DNA of 64,000 bases from a virus (Duplodnaviria > Caudoviricetes): positions 2,287-66,286 of IMG/VR virus record IMGVR_UViG_3300043618_000034; one strand, 5' to 3'. Position numbers and translations under genes: made by a program. Position 1 is the stretch's first letter; each line of letters starts with the position of its first letter. Below, piece by piece: positions 54,915-63,839 of the stretch. The notes below the pieces were generated by a model. That model was not told where the DNA came from. It saw only the letters and a list, made by a program, of their open reading frames with translations, and did no database searches.

Positions 54915-55531
54915 CCACGTCTTCACACAGCCAAGTCCGGCAGCTGGCGGGCGCTCTGAAACAACAGGCCGTCGAGGTCGGGGCGTCCACGCCAGCCGTG
55001 CGGGGTGCGGACTTCCGCATGGCCGTGGTCGCCACCGTCGGTACGGACGGCACGGTCGCCACGACCGACGGCATCACTGCCCGCCGCGCGGAGACCTACC
55101 AGGCGCCTGCCGCGACGGACGTCATCGTCATCGAGTCCAGCGGCTCCGGCAGTTGGATCGCCCGCGGCCGGCTCGCCTCGACCACCGCCCCGACCGGGGA
55201 GTGGGTAACTCCCGCTCTGGCCGCTGGGTACACCGCGCTGACGGGCACCCCGATGTATCGCAGGGTCGTCATCGCAGGCCAGGTCTTCATCCAGTGGCAG
55301 GGCGGCGTGCAGTGGACGACGTCCGGAACGCCACCGAACGGCGGGGCGGTTCTTGCTGCCGCATTGCCGACCGTGTACCGGACGACCGTGCAACGGACGA
55401 TGGCGATCGGGGCTGGCGGCGCGGTGGTCAAGCTCGACGCCACCGTCGCCGGGCAGTTGCAGATCGTCGCCACGACCGCGGGCGGGCTCACCACGTGGGC
55501 CTCCCTCAACGGCGTCCAGTACGTCCCGTAA
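54911..55531 (+). CDS. Minor tail protein
   Basis: GTGA overlap; C-terminal KLDA...TWASLNGVQY domain. Confidence 0.75.
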   Translation: MTTSSHSQVRQLAGALKQQAVEVGASTPAVRGADFRMAVVATVGTDGTVATTDGITARRAETYQAPAATDVIVIESSGSGSWIARGRLASTTAPTGEWVTPALAAGYTALTGTPMYRRVVIAGQVFIQWQGGVQWTTSGTPPNGGAVLAAALPTVYRTTVQRTMAIGAGGAVVKLDATVAGQLQIVATTAGGLTTWASLNGVQYVP

Positions 55532-55543
55532 ACGAGGAGCCCT

Positions 55544-55906
55544 ATGTCCACCGATTCAGAGGCCCCCCTGGCCTGGGTCACGCCCGACTTGGCCGAAGGG
55601 TACGGGCCGCATCTCGGACAGCCGCAGTACGCGCTGATCGCTGCGGAGGGCGAGACGAGGATGCTGTGGCGTGGCGGTGTCACCTGGGAAGCCCCTGGCA
55701 CGCCCCCGCGGGAGGGGCGGTTCCTGTCCGAGCCGCTGCCCGTGTTCTGTCGTCCGCCCTGCATGCGCACCGTGTCCCTGCCCGCAGGAGCGGGGCTCTT
55801 GAAGCTGGACGCCCTGCCTGATGGTCAGATGGGCATCGTCGGCGCGTCCATGAAGGGGCTCACCACCTGGGTCAGCCTCCACAACGTCTCGTACACCCTG
55901 ACCTAG
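55544..55906 (+). CDS. Minor tail protein
   Basis: C-terminal KLDA...TWVSLHNVSY domain. Confidence 0.7.
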   Translation: MSTDSEAPLAWVTPDLAEGYGPHLGQPQYALIAAEGETRMLWRGGVTWEAPGTPPREGRFLSEPLPVFCRPPCMRTVSLPAGAGLLKLDALPDGQMGIVGASMKGLTTWVSLHNVSYTLT

Positions 55907-55913
55907 GAGTCTC

Positions 55914-56552
55914 ATGCCAACGACGGACGCCTACGGGCAGGGCATCAGCATCACGTCGCCGACCGACCCGCCGGACATCCCGTCCTCCGCGCAGGCGCTC
56001 GCAAGCGGTCTAACGCCACGGTCGATCATGCGGTTCACGAGTGCCTCGCAGCGCAATGCCACTCTGACGTCGCCGGTAGCGGGGATGGTCGCTTTCCTGG
56101 TGACCGAGAAGCTCTTCACCGGCTACGACGGCAGCGCTTGGGTGGTCCTGGCGGCCGGTTCGTCGACCTGGTCGACGATCTCCATGGCCGCTGGATATGC
56201 CCATAACGGCAACAGCAACGGCACCGTGCAATACCGGGTGGTCAACTTCTTCGGCGAGATCACCGTCATGCTGCAAGGCGGCCTTGATCTCGCCTCCGCC
56301 TACACCGGCTCACCGTCGAACATCACCAACGGCGGCGTCATCAACTCGGTTGCGCTGCCGGTGGCGGCCCGGCCGGGTGGCCTCCGCAGCGTTGTCGCTG
56401 CTTGCTCGCAGGTCAACTCGTTCTCCAACAGCGTGAAGCTCGATGCACAGCCGGACGGGTACCTCCGCATCGTCGGCACCACCCCGTCCAACGCCACCAA
56501 CCGCATCCAGCCCACGTGGGTCAGTCTGAACGGGCTCTTCTACAGCCTCTGA
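55914..56552 (+). CDS. Minor tail / fibre protein
   Basis: MRFTSASQRNA...GMVAFL; C-terminal KLDA...TWVSLNGLFY domain. Confidence 0.75.
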   Translation: MPTTDAYGQGISITSPTDPPDIPSSAQALASGLTPRSIMRFTSASQRNATLTSPVAGMVAFLVTEKLFTGYDGSAWVVLAAGSSTWSTISMAAGYAHNGNSNGTVQYRVVNFFGEITVMLQGGLDLASAYTGSPSNITNGGVINSVALPVAARPGGLRSVVAACSQVNSFSNSVKLDAQPDGYLRIVGTTPSNATNRIQPTWVSLNGLFYSL

Positions 56553-56573
56553 CCTGCATCAACTACCGCGCCC

Positions 56574-56608
56574 GCCCCGCCTTGTCGGGGCCTTTTGCAT
56601 GTCTGGAG
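56574..56608 (+). terminator. Hairpin, U-tract and SD leader
   Basis: GCCCCG/CGGGGC then CTTTTGCATGTCTGGAG. Confidence 0.55.
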
Positions 56609-56613
56609 GCATC

Positions 56614-57573
56614 GTGACCAGAACCGGACCGCAGCGGATTCCCGGGGCCGTGCTCGACCTGTTCTTCGGGGACGGCCGCTACTCAGGCTCCGACATGGAG
56701 GTCAATTGCGGCGTCATCCACACCACCGAGGGGCCCACCCTCTACGACTACGACGGCGGCGGCAGCGCCCCTACCGTCACGGCAGTGCCCGACTTCGCAG
56801 CGAAGAAGCTGCGCTGGCACCAGCACTTCGACGTTGACGAGTCCGCGCGCGCCCTCGTCAACCGGTCCGGCGGCGTCGAGACCAACACTGCGAACGCCTT
56901 TCAGATCGAGCTCGTCGGCACCTGCGACCCGTCAACGCACGGCAAGTGGACCGCCCAGGGCATCGACCACATCTACTGGCCGGAGCCCCTTGACTGGGCA
57001 GTCCGCGACCTGGCCTGGCTGATGCGCTGGCTCTACGACCAGCACGGCATCCCGCTCACCGGGGTGTCGACGTGGAAGGCGTACCCGGCGAGCTACGGCA
57101 GCACCAGCGTGCGCATGAGCTTCGCCGAGTGGACGAGCTTCCGCGGATGGGCTGGCCACCAGCACGTTCCCGAGAACGATCACGGCGACCCGGGCGCCCT
57201 GCCCTTCGCCCGCATCCTGGCCGTCGCGAAGGGCGGCACACCCCCCGAGGAGGACGACATGCCCACAGCAGCAGAGGTAGCAGCAGCAGTCTGGTCGCAC
57301 ACCGAGACCGGCCCCGCAGGCAGCAAGCCGGTACGGACTGGCGCGGTGATGGGGTGGATGGACACCGTCCACAACAACCAGGTTGCCGCCATCAAGGCCG
57401 TCGACGTCAAGGTGTCCGCGCTCTCGGCCGCGGTGGCCGCGCTCGCCAAGGTCATCGGCGACGGGCATGACGACGTCGACACCGCCGAGGTCGTTGCCGC
57501 CGTCCGGGCTGCCATCGCCGAGGCCGTCATCGACGTCGACGTCACCGTCGACACCACGGGAGCGACCAAGTGA
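56614..57573 (+). CDS. Endolysin, N-acetylmuramoyl-L-alanine amidase
   Basis: VIHTTEG, QIELVG, GHQHVPENDHGDPG zinc-amidase motifs. Confidence 0.9.
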   Translation: MTRTGPQRIPGAVLDLFFGDGRYSGSDMEVNCGVIHTTEGPTLYDYDGGGSAPTVTAVPDFAAKKLRWHQHFDVDESARALVNRSGGVETNTANAFQIELVGTCDPSTHGKWTAQGIDHIYWPEPLDWAVRDLAWLMRWLYDQHGIPLTGVSTWKAYPASYGSTSVRMSFAEWTSFRGWAGHQHVPENDHGDPGALPFARILAVAKGGTPPEEDDMPTAAEVAAAVWSHTETGPAGSKPVRTGAVMGWMDTVHNNQVAAIKAVDVKVSALSAAVAALAKVIGDGHDDVDTAEVVAAVRAAIAEAVIDVDVTVDTTGATK

Positions 57574-57920
57574 AGATCGTCGGAAGAGAACCCGCTGTCA
57601 TCCTCGGCATCGTCTCCGCGACGCTGAGCCTCGTGGTCACCTTCGGGATCGGCCTCACCTCCACGCAGGCCGGTGCGATCGTCGCCGTCATCAGCGCGGT
57701 ATTCGCGGCGATCACCGCCGCCATGACGAGGCCCATTGCCCCGTCGGCGTTCACCGGCCTTGTCGCCGCAGTCGTGGCACTCCTCGCCGCCTGGCACTAC
57801 GACGTGGCACCCGAGACCGTCGGCAGCCTCAACGCGCTCGTGCTCGCGATCCTGGTGTTCATCACCCGTGGGCAGGTGTCCCCCGTGCCCGTGCCGACAG
57901 CGTCTCGCGGACAGCTCTGA
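57570..57920 (+). CDS. Holin
   Basis: GREPAVILG; four hydrophobic segments; RGQVSPV; coupled to endolysin. Confidence 0.85.
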   Translation: MKIVGREPAVILGIVSATLSLVVTFGIGLTSTQAGAIVAVISAVFAAITAAMTRPIAPSAFTGLVAAVVALLAAWHYDVAPETVGSLNALVLAILVFITRGQVSPVPVPTASRGQL

Positions 57921-57932
57921 GGGGGTTAGCTG

Positions 57933-58280
57933 GTGCCCGATGAACTCAGCGTCGGTGAACTCGGGCGCACAGTGGACGCGCTACGTCACGAGATCCAGGC
58001 GCTGGGGCAGGGCATCAACGCCCGTCTGGACAGGGTGGTGTCCACCGAGGTGTACTCACTCCAGTCCGCGTACACCGACCAGCGGATCACCGCGCTCTCT
58101 CAAGATCTTCAGAAGGTGCGCGACGAGCGGGATGCGTTGGAGTCGGCCTTCGAGTCCTACCAGCTGGCCGAACGTGACCGGCGTGAGCGCGAGCGGCAGG
58201 CCCGCCTCTACCAGTTGATCGTCCCGGTGCTGCTGGCCCTCCTGTCGGCGGCGGTCGCGATTTGGGCGGTCGTCTCATGA
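57933..58280 (+). CDS. Coiled-coil protein with C-terminal TM segment (lysis cassette)
   Basis: Heptad pattern; [21 protein letters not shown]. Confidence 0.75.
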   Translation: MPDELSVGELGRTVDALRHEIQALGQGINARLDRVVSTEVYSLQSAYTDQRITALSQDLQKVRDERDALESAFESYQLAERDRRERERQARLYQLIVPVLLALLSAAVAIWAVVS

Positions 58281-58903
58281 GCGCGGGCCGCAAGCGGCGT
58301 CGGGTGTGGAAGCTGCCACGGGCGGAATGGCTGGTCGCCCTTACCGCTGTCGTGCTGGTGGTGTTCCTGGGCTGGCTTGCGGTGCAGGTCGTCGCCCTGT
58401 CCGGGGACCTGCACACCGCGAACGAAGCCCGTGACGCTTTGGCCCGCCAGGTGCTGGGGCTCGGTGAGCGGCCGGTCGCCGGACCGCCGGGGTCACGTGG
58501 TGAGCCAGGGCGTGGAACCCCTGGCGCCTCAGGGCCCCCGGGACCGCAAGGCGAGCCGGGTGCCGTGGGGCCGACAGGACCACCCGGCCCGAAGGGCACG
58601 GACGGTGCGACGGGAGTCGGCGAACCCGGCCCGTCCGGGATCCCCGGAGCAGACGGGACTTCGGTGACGGGCCCGCCCGGGCCCGCTGGCCCCCAAGGTG
58701 AGCCCGGACAGCAAGGGGCACCCGGCCCGAAGGGAGACGCGGGGGCAGACGGTCAGAGCGGCCAGACGTGTCCCACCGGGTACACCCTCCAGCCGCCTCC
58801 TGGAGATCCCGATGCCCTGGTTTGCCGGCGGGACCCGCCACCGTCTCCGGCTCCGAGCCCGTCGGCTGGTGGGCTTGACCCGTACCGGCGCCAATACCCG
58901 TGA
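58277..58903 (+). CDS. Membrane-anchored collagen-like protein (lysis cassette)
   Basis: N-terminal TM; interrupted Gly-X-Y run; C-terminal Cys pair. Confidence 0.8.
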   Translation: MSAGRKRRRVWKLPRAEWLVALTAVVLVVFLGWLAVQVVALSGDLHTANEARDALARQVLGLGERPVAGPPGSRGEPGRGTPGASGPPGPQGEPGAVGPTGPPGPKGTDGATGVGEPGPSGIPGADGTSVTGPPGPAGPQGEPGQQGAPGPKGDAGADGQSGQTCPTGYTLQPPPGDPDALVCRRDPPPSPAPSPSAGGLDPYRRQYP

Positions 58904-58908
58904 GGAGG

Positions 58909-59061
58909 ATGATGCCCCAACGCCCCGCCCGGCCCCGCGTCGACGACACGGCCGGTGACCTCGGCAGCCTGGTGCAGCTGGGGATGGTCGACCCGCCGCC
59001 CGAACCCGCATCCGCGGAGCTGGTCCTCACGCCGGAGGAACCACCACCCGAGTCGCCGTAG
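58909..59061 (+). CDS. Small Pro-rich protein
   Basis: Hand translation MMPQRPARPRVDDTAGDLGSLVQLG...; GAGGAGG directly upstream. Confidence 0.55.
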   Translation: MMPQRPARPRVDDTAGDLGSLVQLGMVDPPPEPASAELVLTPEEPPPESP

Positions 59062-59071
59062 AAATGACATA

Positions 59072-59097
59072 GCCCCCACCGCTTCGGCGGTGGGGGC
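59072..59097. terminator. End-of-late-operon hairpin, probably bidirectional
   Basis: GCCCCCACCGC-TTCG-GCGGTGGGGGC between convergent genes. Confidence 0.8.
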
Positions 59098-59157
59098 ATC
59101 TGTCGTGGGAGCAGTTCAGGTCAGGTCGGTACGCTGGCCCCGCCCTGGGCGGCACAG

Positions 59158-59541
59158 CTACTGGAAAATGTGGCGCTGGTCCTCGTCAGTGGTGTGCTCC
59201 TGCATGAGGAGGCACTGAAGTTCCATTCCTGGCTTCATCCCGGGATATGCCTGCGTCACGCCGCAGATCGGAGCGACGAACATCGCCGCCTCATCCCGCA
59301 GCCCCTCGATGTCGAGCCATGCCGCCCACCAGAGCACCGGGTCCCCAAACTCCTGGGCAACAAGGAACTGCACGTGGTGCCCCATGCCATGGTCTGCTGG
59401 TAGACCACACTCCAGCTCTCGGTGAGACAACGTCATGTGGCCCCCGGTCACGGGCAAATTCTGGAGCTTCACGGCATCGGCGTCGGACAGCGTGCCGGGC
59501 ATTCCGCACTTCTCTGGGTTCGTGGGAATTTGATTCGTCAT
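59158..59541 (-). CDS. Cys/His-repeat Zn-binding hypothetical protein
   Basis: ECGLPADHGMGHH and QCLLMQEH...RH repeats; AAGGAG SD. Confidence 0.7.
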   Translation of the reverse strand: MTNQIPTNPEKCGMPGTLSDADAVKLQNLPVTGGHMTLSHRELECGLPADHGMGHHVQFLVAQEFGDPVLWWAAWLDIEGLRDEAAMFVAPICGVTQAYPGMKPGMELQCLLMQEHTTDEDQRHIFQ

Positions 59542-59614
59542 GTTCGGCTCCTTGATAGTGACGGGGCGGGTCGTTGAGTCCTTCGTCGTGCCATTGCAGG
59601 CGGAGACGAAGGAC

Positions 59615-59908
59615 TCATCCGTCTTCATCTGCGCGCACGAACCGCCCGTCAACCCGGGGTGCCTCTCGCCTGCCGCTGCCGGGGCTGCGCTCCCTCGCCG
59701 CGCGGACCAGGTGCTCGAAGTACTGGGACTCACCTCGGCGGCCGGGCTCCCGCCCCACGGGCTCCAGCCCCTGCCGCGAGAGCCACCTGCGGGCGCTCCC
59801 GGTGGCGGCATCCCCGGTGTACCCGAGGTACTCCGCGATCATGCTGACGGTCCACAGCTCGGCGGGGGCGGGAACGTCGTCAGGGACGGGGGGCAGGGAG
59901 ATCGGCAT
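59615..59908 (-). CDS. HTH DNA-binding protein
   Basis: LWTVSMIAEYLGY...SARRWLSRQGL; GAGGTG SD. Confidence 0.7.
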   Translation of the reverse strand: MPISLPPVPDDVPAPAELWTVSMIAEYLGYTGDAATGSARRWLSRQGLEPVGREPGRRGESQYFEHLVRAARERSPGSGRREAPRVDGRFVRADEDG

Positions 59909-60000
59909 CGGTGTCACCTCGGGCTCGGAGCAGGAATCAGAAGGCGTTATGGCAGGGGGTGCGAAGCGGGCCAGCCCCGGACCTGGCTGTCCCGAGCCCA

Positions 60001-60669
60001 TCACTTGCCTTCCATGGGGGGTGTGCCGTCGGCGACGGCTGTCAGGAACTCGCGTACCGCACGGCACAGCATGTCGATGTGTTCCTGGTTGCGGTGGATC
60101 GGGTAGGTGCGGATGTCGGTGTCGTCGTCGCCCCACGCCATGACGTATGCGGGCTGGTCGGTGGTGAGGCCGAGGCAGTGGATCAGCCACTGCTGGTGGT
60201 CGTAGATGTCGAGCGGCACCTGGTCGCTGCCGGACGGCCCGTAGCCGAGGGCACCGAGCTCACCTCGGCGGCTGCGGAGAGTCAGCGCGCCGGTGACCTC
60301 GCGAGTGCCCCCGACCATGAGGACGCGGTGGGGCTGGAAGAGGACCTGCGGCTCGCCGCGGCTGAGCCAGCGGCCCGTAGCAGCGATGTCAAGGTCGCCG
60401 TGACGGGCGGCGAACAAGTCGACCAGGTGCGGCTGTCGGCCCCAACCCCAGCCCCTGCCCGCCGGGTTGGTCATTGCGGGGCGCTCCAGGATGCCGCCCC
60501 GCTTGCGCTCCCACAGCCGGACGGCCGACTGGTCACCGCGCCCGGTCAGCACGGCGATCTCGCTGGGAGCCACGCACCTGCGGCGCAGCTCGCGCACCTC
60601 ATCGTCACTGAGGGGGCCCGCGAGGTGGGCGCCGGGGGCGGTCAGGTCCGTGCGTGTCCCTGTATCCAT
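60001..60669 (-). CDS. YqaJ/lambda-exonuclease-fold protein with substituted active site
   Basis: APSEIAVL...SAVRLWERKRG, WGWGRQP, FQPHRV, LTLRS, YDHQQW, IHRNQEHID align by eye to YqaJ motifs. Confidence 0.7.
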   Translation of the reverse strand: MDTGTRTDLTAPGAHLAGPLSDDEVRELRRRCVAPSEIAVLTGRGDQSAVRLWERKRGGILERPAMTNPAGRGWGWGRQPHLVDLFAARHGDLDIAATGRWLSRGEPQVLFQPHRVLMVGGTREVTGALTLRSRRGELGALGYGPSGSDQVPLDIYDHQQWLIHCLGLTTDQPAYVMAWGDDDTDIRTYPIHRNQEHIDMLCRAVREFLTAVADGTPPMEGK

Positions 60670-60675
60670 GCCTCC

Positions 60676-60705
60676 ATAATGCCTCGCTGCGAGGCGTTAT
60701 GACAA
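60676..60705 (-). promoter_or_regulatory. Promoter TTGTCA-N18-CATTAT with an overlapping palindromic operator
   Basis: ATAATGCCTCGC-T-GCGAGGCGTTAT (60676-60700, 11 of 12 bp paired). Confidence 0.65.
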
Positions 60706-60734
60706 GAGGGTGGCCCGAGGAACGCAGCACGCTG

Positions 60735-60965
60735 TTAGTCCAGCAGTCCGAGCGCAGTGTCCGGCCGGCGCGTGGGGCACGCATCCGCCCCGTCGACCAG
60801 CTCCGCCCGCACCGCGTCCGCCCACTCCACCAGCAGCTCCTGATACCGGGCCTCCTGCGCCGGAGACAGGCGTCCGCCCGCCGCGTACTCCCACAACGAG
60901 CGGATCTCTGCGTTCACGGCGGCAGCAGAGCGCGCGGGAGTACGGCGGGGAGGGGCTGGGGGCAT
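60735..60965 (-). CDS. Small hypothetical protein, probably leaderless
   Basis: AAVNAEIRSLW...Y.ELLVEWA; TACGCT 6 nt before ATG. Confidence 0.7.
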   Translation of the reverse strand: MPPAPPRRTPARSAAAVNAEIRSLWEYAAGGRLSPAQEARYQELLVEWADAVRAELVDGADACPTRRPDTALGLLD

Positions 60966-61030
60966 GGATCAAGCGTAGGGGGAAGCGCTGACTTGCCACC
61001 CGCAGCGTTCTCCCCCAACCGCAGGAACCC

Positions 61031-61318
61031 GTGATGAGCACCCCTTCGGGCTGGCATGCTCGACACATGCCTAAAGCGGTGCCCCACGAGATGGTCCGGC
61101 TGTCCGTCACCACCTACATCGACGGCCGCGAGCACACCGCGACCATGCCCTACTTCCGCTTCCTGTGGGATGACGTAGACGACCACGACCGCGAGCAGCT
61201 GCGCCTCATCGCACGGTCACGATTTGCCAACTGGGTTCGGAAGGTCGCTGGTGTCCAGCTGCCCAGGGATCGCGTTGACGCCCTGCCGGTATCTGTGATC
61301 TACGGCCAGACCTCGTAA
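61031..61318 (+). CDS. Hypothetical protein (start may be 61067-61090)
   Basis: ORF followed by a terminator. Confidence 0.55.
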   Translation: MMSTPSGWHARHMPKAVPHEMVRLSVTTYIDGREHTATMPYFRFLWDDVDDHDREQLRLIARSRFANWVRKVAGVQLPRDRVDALPVSVIYGQTS

Positions 61319-61330
61319 CGGGATCGCTCC

Positions 61331-61368
61331 CCCCTCTCGCCTTCGGGCGGGAGGGGGCTTTCGTCATG
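61331..61368 (+). terminator. Intrinsic terminator
   Basis: CCCCTCTCGCC-TTCG-GGCGGGAGGGG then CTTTCGTCATG. Confidence 0.7.
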
Positions 61369-61430
61369 CCCGGTAACGCGATGTTCACGGTGCCTCTGTC
61401 GTGGCTGGAACCCGCGGTCGTACGCTGGCC

Positions 61431-62684
61431 ATGAGTACACCCGAGGTGGGGAGCAGCATGAGCACTGAGCACATCGGCATGCGTATCCGCAAGGTCCGGA
61501 AGATCCGGCAACTGACTGTTCGGGCGCTGGCCGGACGCGTGGCGATCAGCCCTTCCACGCTGGAGAAGTACGAGTCGGGTGACCGCAATCCCACGCCGGG
61601 CATGATCGCCCACCTTGCGCAGGCGCTGAGCGTTGGCCCCGAGAGGCTTACAGGTCAGCCGTACTGGAACGGCGCCGAGTCCGAGGCACAGGTCCAGGCC
61701 GTGATCCCGGAGCTGCGCCGGATACTCCTGACGTACGACAACCCCGACGATCTCCTGACAGCCCCCCGCCCCATGCCGGTGCTGGCTGCGGAGATGGACC
61801 ACATTGCGCAGATGCGGCAGGACGGCCAGTACGTGGCCATGGGCCCGCTGCTGCCGGGCGTCCTCTCCGAGCTGACGCACGCGGCGCTGTCCACCCGAGG
61901 GAAGGTGCAGCAGCGCGCGTACTGGTGGCTGGCCCGCGGCTACCGCGCCACGAACTCGCTCGCGCACAAGCTCGGGTACCACGACCTCAGCCTGACGGCG
62001 ATCGAGCGGGTGCGGTGGGCGGCTGACCGATCGGGCGACAACCTCATGCAGGTCACCGGCGCGTACCTGCGCGCGGGCGCGATGCTGCGCATGGGTACCT
62101 ACGCCTCCGCCCGCAGGGTGCTGGAGGCCCTCGTCGACGAGGTCGAACGGCTGGCCCCTGAGGCGTCCATGTCGGATGAGCAGATCGCCATGCAGGGCGC
62201 GATCCTGCTCAAGCTTGCCATTCTGGAGGCGAGGGACGGGCGGCCGGAGCACGCGGGTGAGCGTCTCGCCGAAGCGCGCACCGCGGCGGAGTGGTTGAGG
62301 GCCGATACGTCGTACTACGAGATGTCGTTCGGGCCGAGCAACGTACGCATTCACGAGGTGGCGGCATTGATCGATCAGGGGGACACGGAGCAGGCGCTCG
62401 CCCGTCTGCGTGAGTGGGGTGCGGAGCAGGACCGCGACGAGTGGGAGGTGCCGGTCGAGATTGTGGCCGAGCGCGCCTCGCATCACCACATCGACGTGGC
62501 TGCGGCACGCCTCGCGGAGGGGAACCGGAATGGCTCCCACCAGGACCTTTTGCAGGCCCGGCAGATCGCGCCGAACCATTCGCGGTTCCACCCTGGGTAC
62601 CGTGCGACGGCCGCTACGCTCGCGCGTCTGGACCGGGGCATGGACGAGTCGATCGCCGAAAACGCCCGCTGGTGCGGAGCATGA
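61431..62684 (+). CDS. XRE-HTH plus TPR-like helical regulator
   Basis: IGMRIRKVRKIRQLTVRALAGRVAISPSTLEKYESGDRNP; FGPSNVRIH motif; helical repeats. Confidence 0.85.
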   Translation: MSTPEVGSSMSTEHIGMRIRKVRKIRQLTVRALAGRVAISPSTLEKYESGDRNPTPGMIAHLAQALSVGPERLTGQPYWNGAESEAQVQAVIPELRRILLTYDNPDDLLTAPRPMPVLAAEMDHIAQMRQDGQYVAMGPLLPGVLSELTHAALSTRGKVQQRAYWWLARGYRATNSLAHKLGYHDLSLTAIERVRWAADRSGDNLMQVTGAYLRAGAMLRMGTYASARRVLEALVDEVERLAPEASMSDEQIAMQGAILLKLAILEARDGRPEHAGERLAEARTAAEWLRADTSYYEMSFGPSNVRIHEVAALIDQGDTEQALARLREWGAEQDRDEWEVPVEIVAERASHHHIDVAAARLAEGNRNGSHQDLLQARQIAPNHSRFHPGYRATAATLARLDRGMDESIAENARWCGA

Positions 62685-62754
62685 CGCCGCGTCAAGAGGT
62701 AGGACAAAGAATCATCCCCACAATGTGTGGGTAACCGCCCCACCTAGACGCGGC

Positions 62755-62788
62755 ACGATCCCCTCACTGATCGCAATGAGGGGATCGT
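62755..62788 (+). promoter_or_regulatory. 12-bp hairpin covering the SD of the next gene
   Basis: ACGATCCCCTCA / TGAGGGGATCGT, ending 3 nt before ATG 62792. Confidence 0.6.
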
Positions 62789-62791
62789 CGC

Positions 62792-63214
62792 ATGTCCACC
62801 CTGATGCCAGCCGCGAGCGCATGGCTCGCCGAGGCAGACCCAGACCCCGGCCGCGCGAGCCGATGGCTCAGCTCGACCACCATCGTCGTCCTGCCCACGG
62901 GCACGCTCTTCGACGCCGTGAAGGTGCCGCTGCACACCGGCCGACTTGTACACGAGGCCGGGATCGAGGGCCCCGTCATCAGCGACCCCATGGGCCAGGT
63001 GCTGTACTTCCTCGTCCCGCCCGGCACGTCGCGCACGTGGAAAGCGGGCGGCGACATCGTGTGCCGGGGCACCGGCACCTTTCTGACGGTGCCTGTCCCC
63101 GAGGTCACGGCTCCGCCGGGGCCGCACTGGCTCCAGCCTCCGACCGAGCACGGGCGGCTCGTCGACCCGGGTCGTCTCGCCGAGCTGCTGCGCACGGTGG
63201 GTGAGGCGTCGTGA
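62792..63214 (+). CDS. Prim-Pol-like fold protein lacking catalytic motifs, paralog 1
   Basis: LPTGTLFDAVKV...GPVISDP...LYFLVPPG...W...G.FLTVP. Confidence 0.65.
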   Translation: MSTLMPAASAWLAEADPDPGRASRWLSSTTIVVLPTGTLFDAVKVPLHTGRLVHEAGIEGPVISDPMGQVLYFLVPPGTSRTWKAGGDIVCRGTGTFLTVPVPEVTAPPGPHWLQPPTEHGRLVDPGRLAELLRTVGEAS

Positions 63215-63675
63215 GAACCGCCACCATTGCTGAGTGGCTTGCCCACGTGCATAGCTCTCCTCCCCAAGCGCGGGCGGAGTGGGCAGACCGGCGGCTCGCC
63301 ACGCTCCCTCTCGGCGCCCGCTTCGACTCGGTTCGGATCTCGGCCGATGTCCTGCATGCGGCGCTCGGCAACATCCGGCCCGCTGCGGTAGGCCCGCTGG
63401 TGGAGCAGCTGCTCCAGGGCCCCGTGATCCAGGACGCGGACTTCTCGTTCTACCCCCTGGTGCCGGTCGGCCGGGTCGGCCACTGGCAGTCCCGTGCAGG
63501 CGAGTATCTCGGGGCGGGCGGATGGCTCGGGGTGCCGCAGGTCAATCAGCTTGCCCCACCGGGGACCTACTGGGTGGTGCCGATGCGCGAGGCGGGTCAC
63601 CTCTGTGACCTGCGCCGCGTGGCCGAGCTGGTCGCCGTCGGCGCTGCACGACTGGCCCCGAGGGCGGTGTCGTGA
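63211..63675 (+). CDS. Prim-Pol-like fold protein lacking catalytic motifs, paralog 2
   Basis: LPLGARFDSVRI...GPVIQD...FYPLVPVG...W...LG...WLGVP. Confidence 0.65.
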   Translation: MRTATIAEWLAHVHSSPPQARAEWADRRLATLPLGARFDSVRISADVLHAALGNIRPAAVGPLVEQLLQGPVIQDADFSFYPLVPVGRVGHWQSRAGEYLGAGGWLGVPQVNQLAPPGTYWVVPMREAGHLCDLRRVAELVAVGAARLAPRAVS

Positions 63676-63839
63676 TGGCGCAGACCCAGCAGCCCGCGAA
63701 GCGCTACAGAACGCCGGAGTGCCGGTGTGGTGAACACGCGATGTGCTCGGGGCCGAAGACCCTCCGCCTGGCCTCGCAGCGGGCGACGGACATTCCGGTC
63801 ATGGTGTTGTGTTGCGCCTGCGGGTGCCATCGAAAATGA
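63675..63839 (+). CDS. Small Cys-rich protein
   Basis: Hand translation ...ECRCGEHAMC...LCCACGCHRK; overlaps at both ends. Confidence 0.55.
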   Translation: MAQTQQPAKRYRTPECRCGEHAMCSGPKTLRLASQRATDIPVMVLCCACGCHRK

